From a virus (taxonomy: Duplodnaviria > Caudoviricetes), in IMG/VR virus record IMGVR_UViG_3300042905_000668, positions 1-62,867 of that record: a stretch of DNA of 62,867 nucleotides. The stretch is one strand, 5' to 3'. A program made the translations under genes and the position numbers. Below the pieces are notes generated by a model, which saw only the letters and a list, made by a program, of their open reading frames with translations, did no database searches and was not told the origin of the DNA. Every line of letters starts with the position of its first letter. Position 1 is the first letter of the stretch. Positions 1-7,564 of this stretch are shown here, in pieces.

Positions 1-352
1 CGCTTGCACCACCAACAGGGTTGTATCCCCATTGAAAGACCCGACTGCCTTGCTCTGGGTAACCAAACCCATCTTGAGTAGTGCTGTCCGTTAACAGAAT
101 CTGTAAGCCACTTTGACCAGAGACTTGGTAGCTCACATCGGGACGTGGCTCACGCACAGCTTGCGGATCATTAACTGGATACATACCCAGTTGTAACTGT
201 GGCTGATCGGGATCCCAGCATGCGGGGCAAACCTTGACCTTAAACGGCTTAGTCTTCACTGTCTGTGTCTTTAATTCCTTGAGCATGTACCTCTGCGCAC
301 AACGGTCGCATTCAGCAATTGCATGCTTACCGGAAGCAAACCGATTAGGCAT
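1..352 (-). CDS. Partial copy (truncated by window edge) of the CxxC...CxxC protein at 61953-62381
   Basis: Reads MPNRFASGKHAIAECDRCAQRY... from the ATG at 352; allele of 61953-62381. Confidence 0.85.
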   Translation of the reverse strand, partial: MPNRFASGKHAIAECDRCAQRYMLKELKTQTVKTKPFKVKVCPACWDPDQPQLQLGMYPVNDPQAVREPRPDVSYQVSGQSGLQILLTDSTTQDGFGYPEQGSRVFQWGYNPVGGAS

Positions 353-838
353 AGAACAAGTTCCTTGGCACAAACCTCAACGGAGAGGTATCGCGGTCTT
401 CTGACTGGGCCAATTCCCACTGCTGTTCATACTCAGCCTTTAGACCCATTACACGGTTTGGATCAACATCAGGCAACTTCATGCTCAACAGATAGGCCAA
501 TCCTGCCACCATGCAGGGGATAAAACGGAATGGAATGTCTTGGACAGTTACACCCGTACCAGCATCCTGAATACGGCGCATGCGGTAGTACACAAACATG
601 TACTGATCACCGGGGGCGTTAGGCGTAGGCCACACGTTAATAGCAGGTAGGTTCTGCACGGTTATAGCTGCACCAGTAGTATGCGCCGCAGCGGTTGTGC
701 CGTTCTGTCCACGAGCGCAGTTTAACAACTGGTTGTTTACAGGATCTATGTTGGGGTAACTGATGGTCTCATTATCAATCTTGATAAACCCAGCAGTGGT
801 CAAACCATCCACATTAGACAACGTGATTGTGGTGGCTG
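1..838. repeat. Left copy of imperfect terminal direct repeat (partner 62030-62867)
   Basis: Gap-free alignment at offset 62029; about 72 mismatches in 838 nt by hand count, mostly synonymous. Confidence 0.95.
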
Positions 839-1277
839 TAGATGAAATGGTTCCGTTAAGGGTAACCGTAGTGCTGTTCTCTTGACCAGACTGACGGTTG
901 TACCAGACCTGAATTGGTCGACCTTGTGCCAACTTGTTTGGCAGACTCATGTAGGTCGATTCTGAAATACCGCTGATGTTGATGTCGATCTGGTTAGATG
1001 TGGCATTACTCTGGCGTATAACCATGTCTAGAAGATTGATTGTGTCCGTAGGCATGGGGTAGATAGCCTGACCCGTCACCATTGGGATCTGGCCCTGCTC
1101 TACAGTCCAGAAGTTCAGACCCCGGTTTGCCCACTCAATCGTCAGCAGGTTCAACGACCGCCGCGCTGTGCGGAAGTTGTAACCCGTGCGAAGTTCTTGA
1201 CCGCAACGCTCAAACGCCTCTTCAATGAGGTCGTTCATGTCGAGATCAAAAGCTGTGGTTCCGGTGGTCTTAGCCAT
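345..1277 (-). CDS. Putative head-tail adaptor (tail tubular A / P22 gp4-like) with an inserted Thr-rich beta domain
   Basis: DLIEEAFERCG...ARRSLNLLTIEWAN helical N-terminus, GRP and VWPTP motifs, GLAYLLS C-terminal helix typical of podovirus adaptors. Confidence 0.65.
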   Translation of the reverse strand: MAKTTGTTAFDLDMNDLIEEAFERCGQELRTGYNFRTARRSLNLLTIEWANRGLNFWTVEQGQIPMVTGQAIYPMPTDTINLLDMVIRQSNATSNQIDINISGISESTYMSLPNKLAQGRPIQVWYNRQSGQENSTTVTLNGTISSTATTITLSNVDGLTTAGFIKIDNETISYPNIDPVNNQLLNCARGQNGTTAAAHTTGAAITVQNLPAINVWPTPNAPGDQYMFVYYRMRRIQDAGTGVTVQDIPFRFIPCMVAGLAYLLSMKLPDVDPNRVMGLKAEYEQQWELAQSEDRDTSPLRFVPRNLFYA

Positions 1278-1510
1278 TATCTATACCCTGCGGTTTTCTT
1301 TGCGATTGTTTTGGGTTGGGCTACGAATTGTTTTCCGGCGGCTTTTCCTGCCCGCTTGGCTTTGGTCGTCGCAGCGTACTCAGCAGGGCTGAGACTTTTG
1401 ATCGCAGCACTTGGAAGGTATCTTTCACCAGTGTCAGAAGATTTTTTACCACTTTTGGTTCTCCATTTTTGGTCGCCCCAATCCTTCAATGATTTTTGAG
1501 GAGCTTTCAA
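1277..1510 (-). CDS. Small basic protein, C-terminal half of a DUF5872-like domain (TTG start)
   Basis: QKSLKDWGDQKWRTKSG...RYLP motif; start overlaps the upstream stop (TTGA). Confidence 0.7.
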   Translation of the reverse strand: MKAPQKSLKDWGDQKWRTKSGKKSSDTGERYLPSAAIKSLSPAEYAATTKAKRAGKAAGKQFVAQPKTIAKKTAGYR

Positions 1511-1782
1511 TCTCGATAACCCCCGCCAGCCGCCTTGTACTTCTTGGCAACAAGCTGTGCTTTACGCGCTGACCACTGACCTGCGCCAGTGCCTTGCGTT
1601 GCTGCGGCTTTTACCTGCGACACAATCCGCTTTCGCAGACTAGGCTTCGTGTAATTACCAGCGGCGTTTACCTTACCACCCTCTTTGAACTGGGTGAAAT
1701 CAGTGTCATCCCGCCGCGCTTTTGTCTTAGCGCCGGGCATTTTTGAGGGGCGGATATCGCCCATACCACGGGATGCCATCAT
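1507..1782 (-). CDS. Small basic protein, N-terminal half of a DUF5872-like domain, with FKEGG motif
   Basis: NYTKPSLRKRI...GQWSARKAQLVAKKYKAAGGGY motif. Confidence 0.75.
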   Translation of the reverse strand: MMASRGMGDIRPSKMPGAKTKARRDDTDFTQFKEGGKVNAAGNYTKPSLRKRIVSQVKAAATQGTGAGQWSARKAQLVAKKYKAAGGGYRD

Positions 1783-1785
1783 AAT

Positions 1786-2172
1786 TTAACAGGCGTAACC
1801 GCCGCCTTTCATGGTGATCATAGTACCGCGAGTTTTACCCTTGGTAGCAATACCGTCAGCCCGCTTAGAAGCCGTCATACCGCCTTTTTTCATCTCACGG
1901 GGAGATGGGGGCATCTTCTTACCCTCAGTAAAAATACCAGCATTTTGCTTACGCTCGTAATCAGCAAGTTCTTTGGCTGTAGGGCCACCTTGACCGCCAC
2001 GACCCGCACCGGGTTTAGGGTATTGACCGTATTGTTTTGGGTCAGCGTAACGCATAGCTTTTTGGTCAGGCATATTACTTTCACGCAATTCCGCACTGCC
2101 TTTTTGCACACCTTCAATATCAAATTTATCATCCGGTTTGCCACCAGAAGTGGTATACATGTATTTAGCCAT
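1786..2172 (-). CDS. Small basic protein with xxGG motifs and C-terminal RADGIATKGKTRG tag
   Basis: AGGAG RBS; operon context; tail shared with 2824-3210. Confidence 0.8.
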   Translation of the reverse strand: MAKYMYTTSGGKPDDKFDIEGVQKGSAELRESNMPDQKAMRYADPKQYGQYPKPGAGRGGQGGPTAKELADYERKQNAGIFTEGKKMPPSPREMKKGGMTASKRADGIATKGKTRGTMITMKGGGYAC

Positions 2173-2186
2173 AATAGCTCCTTAGA

Positions 2187-2582
2187 TCAGCAAGTTTTGC
2201 CGCCCTTTTTCATTACACGGGAACCGATGCCACCGGGGACACCAGAACCAGCCATCTTGATCTGCGTACCTTTGGTCTTGCCTTTAACAGCAACACCATC
2301 TTTGCTAGGAGCAGCAGTTTTAACTTTGCCCATAGAGGATGCAGCCATGCCACCTTTATTCATAAAGATAGGCACTTTTTTGCCGTCTTTCATTTTCATG
2401 GGCATGCCACCTTTTTTCATCATTTCTGCTTTCATATCACCACCTTTTGAAAATTTGCGGTTCTTGTCCGCGTTAGAAAATTCTTTGCCCACGGACTGTG
2501 GGACGCCTACTTTCTTAGCAAACGATGGGTTGTTGGCCACCGCCGCCATGAAATTGTGTTGCTTCTTACTCGTGCTTGGCAT
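2187..2582 (-). CDS. Small Lys/Met-rich protein with four xxGG motifs
   Basis: FSKGG, MKKGG, MNKGG, MKKGG; KDGVAVKGKTKG tag. Confidence 0.8.
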   Translation of the reverse strand: MPSTSKKQHNFMAAVANNPSFAKKVGVPQSVGKEFSNADKNRKFSKGGDMKAEMMKKGGMPMKMKDGKKVPIFMNKGGMAASSMGKVKTAAPSKDGVAVKGKTKGTQIKMAGSGVPGGIGSRVMKKGGKTC

Positions 2583-2827
2583 TACTTGCCCCCGGCATAC
2601 CAGTTAACAAGCTGAACTAAGCCTGCGCCTACAACGCTACTAGCTCCACCGACTAACATCAAAACCTTCCAGCCACCACGGGCCTCAGACAACGTTTTGT
2701 CGATAGCAGACAGCGTTGCCTGCATAGCCTTCATGTTCTCCAACATCCTGTCCATATCATCTTGCAAATGCTTGATATCAGACGCATGCGTAGCGAGTTC
2801 ACGGGCAGTTTGAATAGCATCGCTCAT
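2582..2827 (-). CDS. Coiled-coil protein with C-terminal membrane anchor (XhlA/holin-like architecture)
   Basis: Heptad-like N-terminal region followed by hydrophobic WKVLMLVGGASSVVGAGLVQLV. Confidence 0.65.
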   Translation of the reverse strand: MSDAIQTARELATHASDIKHLQDDMDRMLENMKAMQATLSAIDKTLSEARGGWKVLMLVGGASSVVGAGLVQLVNWYAGGK

Positions 2828-3210
2828 ACCATTCGACCTTTTGTCTTACCACGCTGGGCAATGCCATCGGCACGTTTAGAAGCAGTCATACCGCCTTTAG
2901 CAAGTTTGCCCCGTGTTTCACGTTTGTATTGGTCTGCAAGTTCACTTATTTTTTGACGCTCGGCAGCAATGTTCTTCTTTGCCATTGGTCGTAAATTTTC
3001 GCCGTCTTCAACTTCAGCGGCGGCGTAATCCCGCATAGTATTTTCCATTGGCTCTGCGCCTTCCGCAAGACGTGCGGCACGAGAGGCGGCTGGTAACTTA
3101 CTTTTTATTGCAGGAAATCTACCACCTACGGCTTCTGTTGGAACCCGTATGTACTTCCCCAATTTTTCTTCGGCGGTTTCACCACCATCAGCAAATTTAA
3201 GTTTTTTCAT
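2824..3210 (-). CDS. Small protein with FADGG/LAKGG motifs and C-terminal RADGIAQRGKTKG tag
   Basis: ORF track; shares GGMTASKRADGIA with 1786-2172. Confidence 0.8.
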   Translation of the reverse strand: MKKLKFADGGETAEEKLGKYIRVPTEAVGGRFPAIKSKLPAASRAARLAEGAEPMENTMRDYAAAEVEDGENLRPMAKKNIAAERQKISELADQYKRETRGKLAKGGMTASKRADGIAQRGKTKGRMV

Positions 3211-3211
3211 A

Positions 3212-3457
3212 TCAGCAATTCCAAGCCCGTAGGCTCTTATTGATCCGTGAATCCGGATCGTTGGCGGTCTTGGCCGAAGTCAGCTTCTTTTTCATGCCGC
3301 TCATCCTCGCACAGAAAGAGTCTCGCCGGGAGCCGCCTTCTGGCTGGGGACGTTTCAAGTTCATGCCTTGCGCTTTCGCAGAGGCTCGGCCTTTGGCGTT
3401 CAAGCCGCCCTCGGGATTCTTGCCTTCTTTCCTCTGCCATGCTGGACTCTTAGCCAT
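3212..3457 (-). CDS. Small basic phage protein (DUF6321-like)
   Basis: MAKSPAWQRKEGKNPEGGLNAKGRAS...SFCARMSG signature, recognised from memory. Confidence 0.7.
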   Translation of the reverse strand: MAKSPAWQRKEGKNPEGGLNAKGRASAKAQGMNLKRPQPEGGSRRDSFCARMSGMKKKLTSAKTANDPDSRINKSLRAWNC

Positions 3458-3932
3458 AATAAATCGTTGCCGTTACAGAATTACCAAGGCCAACGTAAAC
3501 ACCGTTGGGACAATAAATACCTTCACCGGGAATCCTGATTGGCAAGCCTACCGTGCTGAATGTGTCCAATTCCAACAACAAAGTTGTGTACATAGTCACG
3601 TTGCCGGATGTACTAGCGGTTGTAGAAGTTACAGTAAACACGTTTGCATTTGTTACCGTTACTGCAAATACTGCGTCTCTTGATGTGCCGGTTGTAAAAT
3701 CCAAAAAAACACGTTGACCGTTGACCAGCCCATGTCCAGTAATGGTCACGGTAATTGTGGTTGTTGTTTGGCTGTATGTGCCTGATTTGCTCACTGTAGG
3801 ATCGGCAACAGCCATATTACGTATTGAAGATGTGCCAGAAGTTACAGTAATGCCTTTTAACCGTGTAGCGTAACTTACCGCCGTGCCCGAAGCACTTTGA
3901 TGGATTGCTTTAACGTCATACTGCATTGTCAT
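3450..3932 (-). CDS. Thr-rich virion (decoration/spike-like) protein, paralogue A
   Basis: Beta-rich; TITGHGL...FTVT insert; IPGEG...YVGL C-terminus; paralogous to 3943-4431. Confidence 0.65.
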   Translation of the reverse strand: MTMQYDVKAIHQSASGTAVSYATRLKGITVTSGTSSIRNMAVADPTVSKSGTYSQTTTTITVTITGHGLVNGQRVFLDFTTGTSRDAVFAVTVTNANVFTVTSTTASTSGNVTMYTTLLLELDTFSTVGLPIRIPGEGIYCPNGVYVGLGNSVTATIYYG

Positions 3933-3942
3933 GGCTTACCCC

Positions 3943-4431
3943 TTATCCATAAAAAATGGTTGAGGTTACGACACTTGCTGCGGGTAATCCCACATAAATA
4001 CCATCTAAAGCCAAAACACCTTCGCCCGGAATGAACGTATAGAACGAAGTGGCAGTTGAGCAATCAATCTCAACCAAAATTTGGTTGTACACAGTCACAT
4101 CACCAGAGGTGGTTAACGTCCCTGTTGTCACCGTAAAAGTATTTTGTGTTACCGCTGTTACCACATACATATTGCTAACGCCATCACCATCAGCAAACTG
4201 TAGCCACACACGTGAACCCACAGCAACACCATGACCTGCAATAGTCACTGTACAAACTGTAGTCCCGGGGATGTCATACGTACCAGACTGGGCCACATTA
4301 TTGGCAAAAGCTATGTTGTATGTAGTAGACGTTGTAGGAGAGAGCACAACGCCCTTCAAACGGGTGCGATAAGGCACGGCTACGCCCGAAACGGTATTGT
4401 GATACGACTCTACGTCATATTGCATCGTCAT
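3943..4431 (-). CDS. Thr-rich virion protein, paralogue B (start re-called at MTMQYD)
   Basis: Same MTMQYDV start, TRLKG and IPGEG motifs as 3450-3932. Confidence 0.65.
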   Translation of the reverse strand: MTMQYDVESYHNTVSGVAVPYRTRLKGVVLSPTTSTTYNIAFANNVAQSGTYDIPGTTVCTVTIAGHGVAVGSRVWLQFADGDGVSNMYVVTAVTQNTFTVTTGTLTTSGDVTVYNQILVEIDCSTATSFYTFIPGEGVLALDGIYVGLPAASVVTSTIFYG

Positions 4432-4579
4432 TTTGTTGCTCCGGTGCATCTAATCTGTTTATGAGCATCTTGTACGCTTGGATTGTGGCTTGAGCCTGAG
4501 TCAAAAAGGTTTGGGCCTTATGTGCTTCAGTCTCAAGTTCACTAATCTCAGACTCCAAGAATTCCTTGGTGATCTGCAT
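4415..4579 (-). CDS. 54-aa coiled-coil protein (not in ORF track)
   Basis: MQITKEFLESEISELETEAHKAQTFLTQAQATIQAYKMLINRLDAPEQQNDDAI; TAATG overlap with the upstream stop; fills the operon gap. Confidence 0.75.
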   Translation of the reverse strand: MQITKEFLESEISELETEAHKAQTFLTQAQATIQAYKMLINRLDAPEQQNDDAI

Positions 4580-5181
4580 TATGCAAAGGTCGAGTACGCA
4601 GGAACGTAGTACACAGTGCCGCCAATCATCACTTTGATTGCTTTGGCTACAGTAGTAACGCTGGTTGCTGTAGGCGCAATCGTAGCAGCAGGGGCTGTTT
4701 CAATGTTCATCAACAAAGGAATCTCACCAGTGTTTGTGCCGCTGTCAGACACGCGAATGAACGAAGCAGTTGCAGGCAAAGTTGCATTAACTGTGTAGGC
4801 GGTGTCCAGTTGAATAACAGACAAAGTACCGCCGGGAGTAGCGTCAGACCCGCCTAAAGTAGCGCGGATTGCATTAGCTGCGCCGGAGATGGTTGCTGAT
4901 GCGCCGTCAACACTTAAAGAAATGTGTGCACCGTTGATTGTGCCGCCTGTTGCAGCAGCAGTGCCCGTTACAACGGAGAAAGCACGTAGCGTCTCGCCTG
5001 AACCTGTAGAGGTAAAGGTAAGTTTATTGTAGCTTAGACGTGTATCGCCAGTAGCGGCGGATGTTGTAGCAAATGCAGCGTTAATGTTTTCTGCTGTAGT
5101 TACTGCAAGAGGAGAAGCAGAAGTGCCCGTTTCAAAGCCGTTGTTAGATACGACTGGGCCGGAGAACGTGGTGGTTGCCAT
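4579..5181 (-). CDS. Ala/Thr-rich capsid fibre/decoration protein
   Basis: MATTTFSGPVVS N-terminus, located just after MCP; C-terminal IKVMIGGTVYYVPAY. Confidence 0.65.
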   Translation of the reverse strand: MATTTFSGPVVSNNGFETGTSASPLAVTTAENINAAFATTSAATGDTRLSYNKLTFTSTGSGETLRAFSVVTGTAAATGGTINGAHISLSVDGASATISGAANAIRATLGGSDATPGGTLSVIQLDTAYTVNATLPATASFIRVSDSGTNTGEIPLLMNIETAPAATIAPTATSVTTVAKAIKVMIGGTVYYVPAYSTFA

Positions 5182-5187
5182 GATGTG

Positions 5188-5262
5188 TCCTTACATACAA
5201 GTGAAGTGCATTAGTCTGTATGTCGTCAGCCGGGACTGTCTAATGCACCGGATAACCCCGGG
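5188..5262 (-). ncRNA. Candidate structured cis-regulatory RNA (interlocked double pseudoknot) abutting the SD
   Basis: Three complementary pairs in a-b-a'-c-b'-c' order: 5256-5261/5230-5235, 5240-5248/5206-5214, 5217-5223/5193-5199. Confidence 0.55.
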
Positions 5263-5270
5263 TTGAAAGC

Positions 5271-5299
5271 AATATACAACAAAAGAAAAGGGGGCACAA
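5271..5299 (-). promoter_or_regulatory. Putative sigma70 promoter TTGTGC-N17-TATATT
   Basis: -35 lies in the loop of the capsid terminator; 17-nt spacing; start site would fall just before the structured leader. Confidence 0.5.
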
Positions 5300-5310
5300 G
5301 CCCCCTTCTC
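5281..5310 (-). terminator. Rho-independent terminator after the major capsid gene
   Basis: GAAGGGGGC-TTGT-GCCCCCTTTTCTTTT on the minus strand. Confidence 0.85.
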
Positions 5311-5330
5311 CAAATATTTCCTAAGAAATA

Positions 5331-6239
5331 TTAAGCACCGGCAGAACCGAACATGCCCAATGGGTCAGACCAGCCGAAGCTGTAACGCTCACGAGACTTG
5401 TAACGAACGTTACCTGTATCGAAGTCGCCGTCCATTGACTGAGCCAAAGGCGAACGCACAAAGTGCTTCATACCGTTAGGCACGTCTGTGCACAAGAACC
5501 AAGCGTTGGTATCAGTCAAGAAGTGGTTAATGGTATATCCACCGGGGATAGAGCCATTGTTCTTCAATGCGTTGATATCATTGTCAGCAGTAGCCACACG
5601 CAATTCAGTCTCAAGCAAGCGAGTTGCCGTAAACTGGAGTGCAGGTGGAACCACCAATTTGCTAGGTTTAGCGGCGATCAACAGGCCACGCTCGTCTGTC
5701 CACAAGCTAATCTGAATAACAGCGTTTTCCAACGATGTTTCGTTCAAGTCAGCAGGGGTAGATGGGATGTTACTGTTAGTACCACCAGACACCAAGGGGT
5801 GTGCTGCACTGAACAATGCAACACCGTCACCACCAGCGTAAGCATTGCTGAAGCCGTTATTCAAAACAGCGGCAGCTTTAACTTGCTTGGTGTAAGCCAT
5901 AGCGCGGGCCAAAGCCTTCGTGTAACGAGCAGACAGTGAGTCATACAAGTTATCTTCGATAGCCTCTTCAGTCAAGCTGAAGCCCAAAGCGATGGTTTCG
6001 TGGTTGTATCGGGCAGTCCATGCTTCTTGCGCATTGTCATAAGCAATGGCAGAACCCTCGTTTTTAACGGGGGCAGCAGAGAAACCAGACAGTTTTGTCT
6101 CTTCTTCAAAAGAACGCTCAGAGGTTTCAGTTTCATAAATTTCTTTATGCTCTTCACCATATTTTGCGTACTCCAAACCGAACAAAGCGTTCAGGCCGGG
6201 GAGAAGTTCTTTAAGTAGTTGTGCGCGTGAAATAGCCAT
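5331..6239 (-). CDS. Major capsid protein (HK97 fold, Mu gpT-like family)
   Basis: MAISRAQLLKELLPGLNALFG, ALFSAAHPL, KLVVPPAL, RYSFGWSDP motifs; strong RBS and terminator. Confidence 0.9.
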   Translation of the reverse strand: MAISRAQLLKELLPGLNALFGLEYAKYGEEHKEIYETETSERSFEEETKLSGFSAAPVKNEGSAIAYDNAQEAWTARYNHETIALGFSLTEEAIEDNLYDSLSARYTKALARAMAYTKQVKAAAVLNNGFSNAYAGGDGVALFSAAHPLVSGGTNSNIPSTPADLNETSLENAVIQISLWTDERGLLIAAKPSKLVVPPALQFTATRLLETELRVATADNDINALKNNGSIPGGYTINHFLTDTNAWFLCTDVPNGMKHFVRSPLAQSMDGDFDTGNVRYKSRERYSFGWSDPLGMFGSAGA

Positions 6240-6250
6240 GATTTAGCTCC

Positions 6251-7087
6251 TTAGACGGCTGTGCCAGTGTAATAGGAATGTGTGCCAAAGTTTAATTTGA
6301 CAAGCATTTCTGGATACTGGGTGAAAAGAATAGTAGAAGCGGCTGGAATAGCCGTAATACCGCCGGGAACTGCAATCGCAGAATTGATGGTCACTGTTGT
6401 TGCACCAGCAGCCGCAGCCGCAGATACGTACGAACCAGATTGAATGTACTGACCATTAGCAGCAAGGTAGCCAACTTCTGTACCCACCACCAACGCGCTA
6501 GGTAAACCAGAGCCAGTCAATGTAATGGTAGTAGAAGAAGATGAACCAGTTGCGCTAGTTTGAATGGCAGTTTCTTCAACCAAACCAACTGCACGTAGAG
6601 CAAAATCAACACTTGTGCTTGATGAGCCATACAGAGCGGCAACAGCAGAATTACCTGTGTTGACGTTACCTGCATTTTGAATCAAACCAAAGTTTTGACC
6701 TAACAGAGCAGTAGAAGCAGAAGCAATGACCGTTGTAGCGGAACACATTACTACTTTAAACACTGTGTCAGGATCATCACAGACGATAGCTCTACCAGTA
6801 GCAGTAGTACCAGCGGGCCAATACTGAGCAAATTGCGTTTGCTTAGTTGTAGGGTTTACATATTCACAACCCAAGAACACACCAACCAAACCGTTGCCAG
6901 TAGAGTCAGTAGTGTCAGTGTTTTTAACAATAGAACCACGAACAATATTGACCAAATCACCGTAAAAGATGTTTGACGCAAAACCATACTGGATCGAGTA
7001 AATGCGGGTAGAACCAGCAAATACCTGACCACCGATCAGGTTGATCGGCTTTAGGCCGTAGGGGGCCGAGACGACGGGATAAGCCAT
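6251..7087 (-). CDS. Capsid-associated (cement/decoration) protein
   Basis: APYGLKP..., IFYGDLV, GVFLGCEY, VCDDPD motifs; directly upstream of MCP. Confidence 0.65.
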   Translation of the reverse strand: MAYPVVSAPYGLKPINLIGGQVFAGSTRIYSIQYGFASNIFYGDLVNIVRGSIVKNTDTTDSTGNGLVGVFLGCEYVNPTTKQTQFAQYWPAGTTATGRAIVCDDPDTVFKVVMCSATTVIASASTALLGQNFGLIQNAGNVNTGNSAVAALYGSSSTSVDFALRAVGLVEETAIQTSATGSSSSTTITLTGSGLPSALVVGTEVGYLAANGQYIQSGSYVSAAAAAGATTVTINSAIAVPGGITAIPAASTILFTQYPEMLVKLNFGTHSYYTGTAV

Positions 7088-7105
7088 TTAAGACTCCTTA
7101 AAAAT

Positions 7106-7564
7106 TTAAGTACCTTTGCCAAAGCTGGACGAGGACTTACGCTCTTGGAAGAGCGGCATCCGCGCATCACTTTGACGCATGAAACTATTGTCCACAGCAT
7201 CTGTCTGAGATTGAGTGACTTTGGCGAAATGGGCATTTCGCTGGTCTACAAAATCAGTAGGTGTCTTGCAAAGCAATAATCCACCAACCTCAATGTTGTC
7301 TTTAAAACGACTATTGGGATCGGCTAACAGTCTAAATTTGGGTTGTTCTTCGACGGGAACTGGCTCCCAACCTTCTCGGAGTTTGGCCGATAAGTTACGT
7401 GGGTCAGCATTGTTCATCGTAGAAACACGAATCCAGCGATAGTTGTATCCGGGCTGTTTGTCTGGCTCGGGCAACAGTTCAGGTTGCGCCCACTGCTTGG
7501 GACGTTCCTGTACCGCACGTGTTGTCAACTCGCGTGTGAGTTTGTTGTCTTTAATATCAGCCAT
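7106..7564 (-). CDS. Conserved head-module protein (start re-called at MADIKD)
   Basis: YRWIR...EGWEPV...VGGLLLC motif; lies between scaffold and cement genes. Confidence 0.7.
   Translation of the reverse strand: MADIKDNKLTRELTTRAVQERPKQWAQPELLPEPDKQPGYNYRWIRVSTMNNADPRNLSAKLREGWEPVPVEEQPKFRLLADPNSRFKDNIEVGGLLLCKTPTDFVDQRNAHFAKVTQSQTDAVDNSFMRQSDARMPLFQERKSSSSFGKGT

Noticed and set aside
1945-2607. Long antisense or alternate-frame ORFs (e.g. 1945-2607 +, 9132-9770 +, 43138-43779 -)
   Set aside because: Shadows of real genes caused by codon bias and repeats; no RBS or recognisable motifs.
5193-5235. Hammerhead ribozyme (CUGACGA core present)
   Set aside because: The required GAAA after stem II is absent (UAAG) and stems I/III cannot be formed properly.
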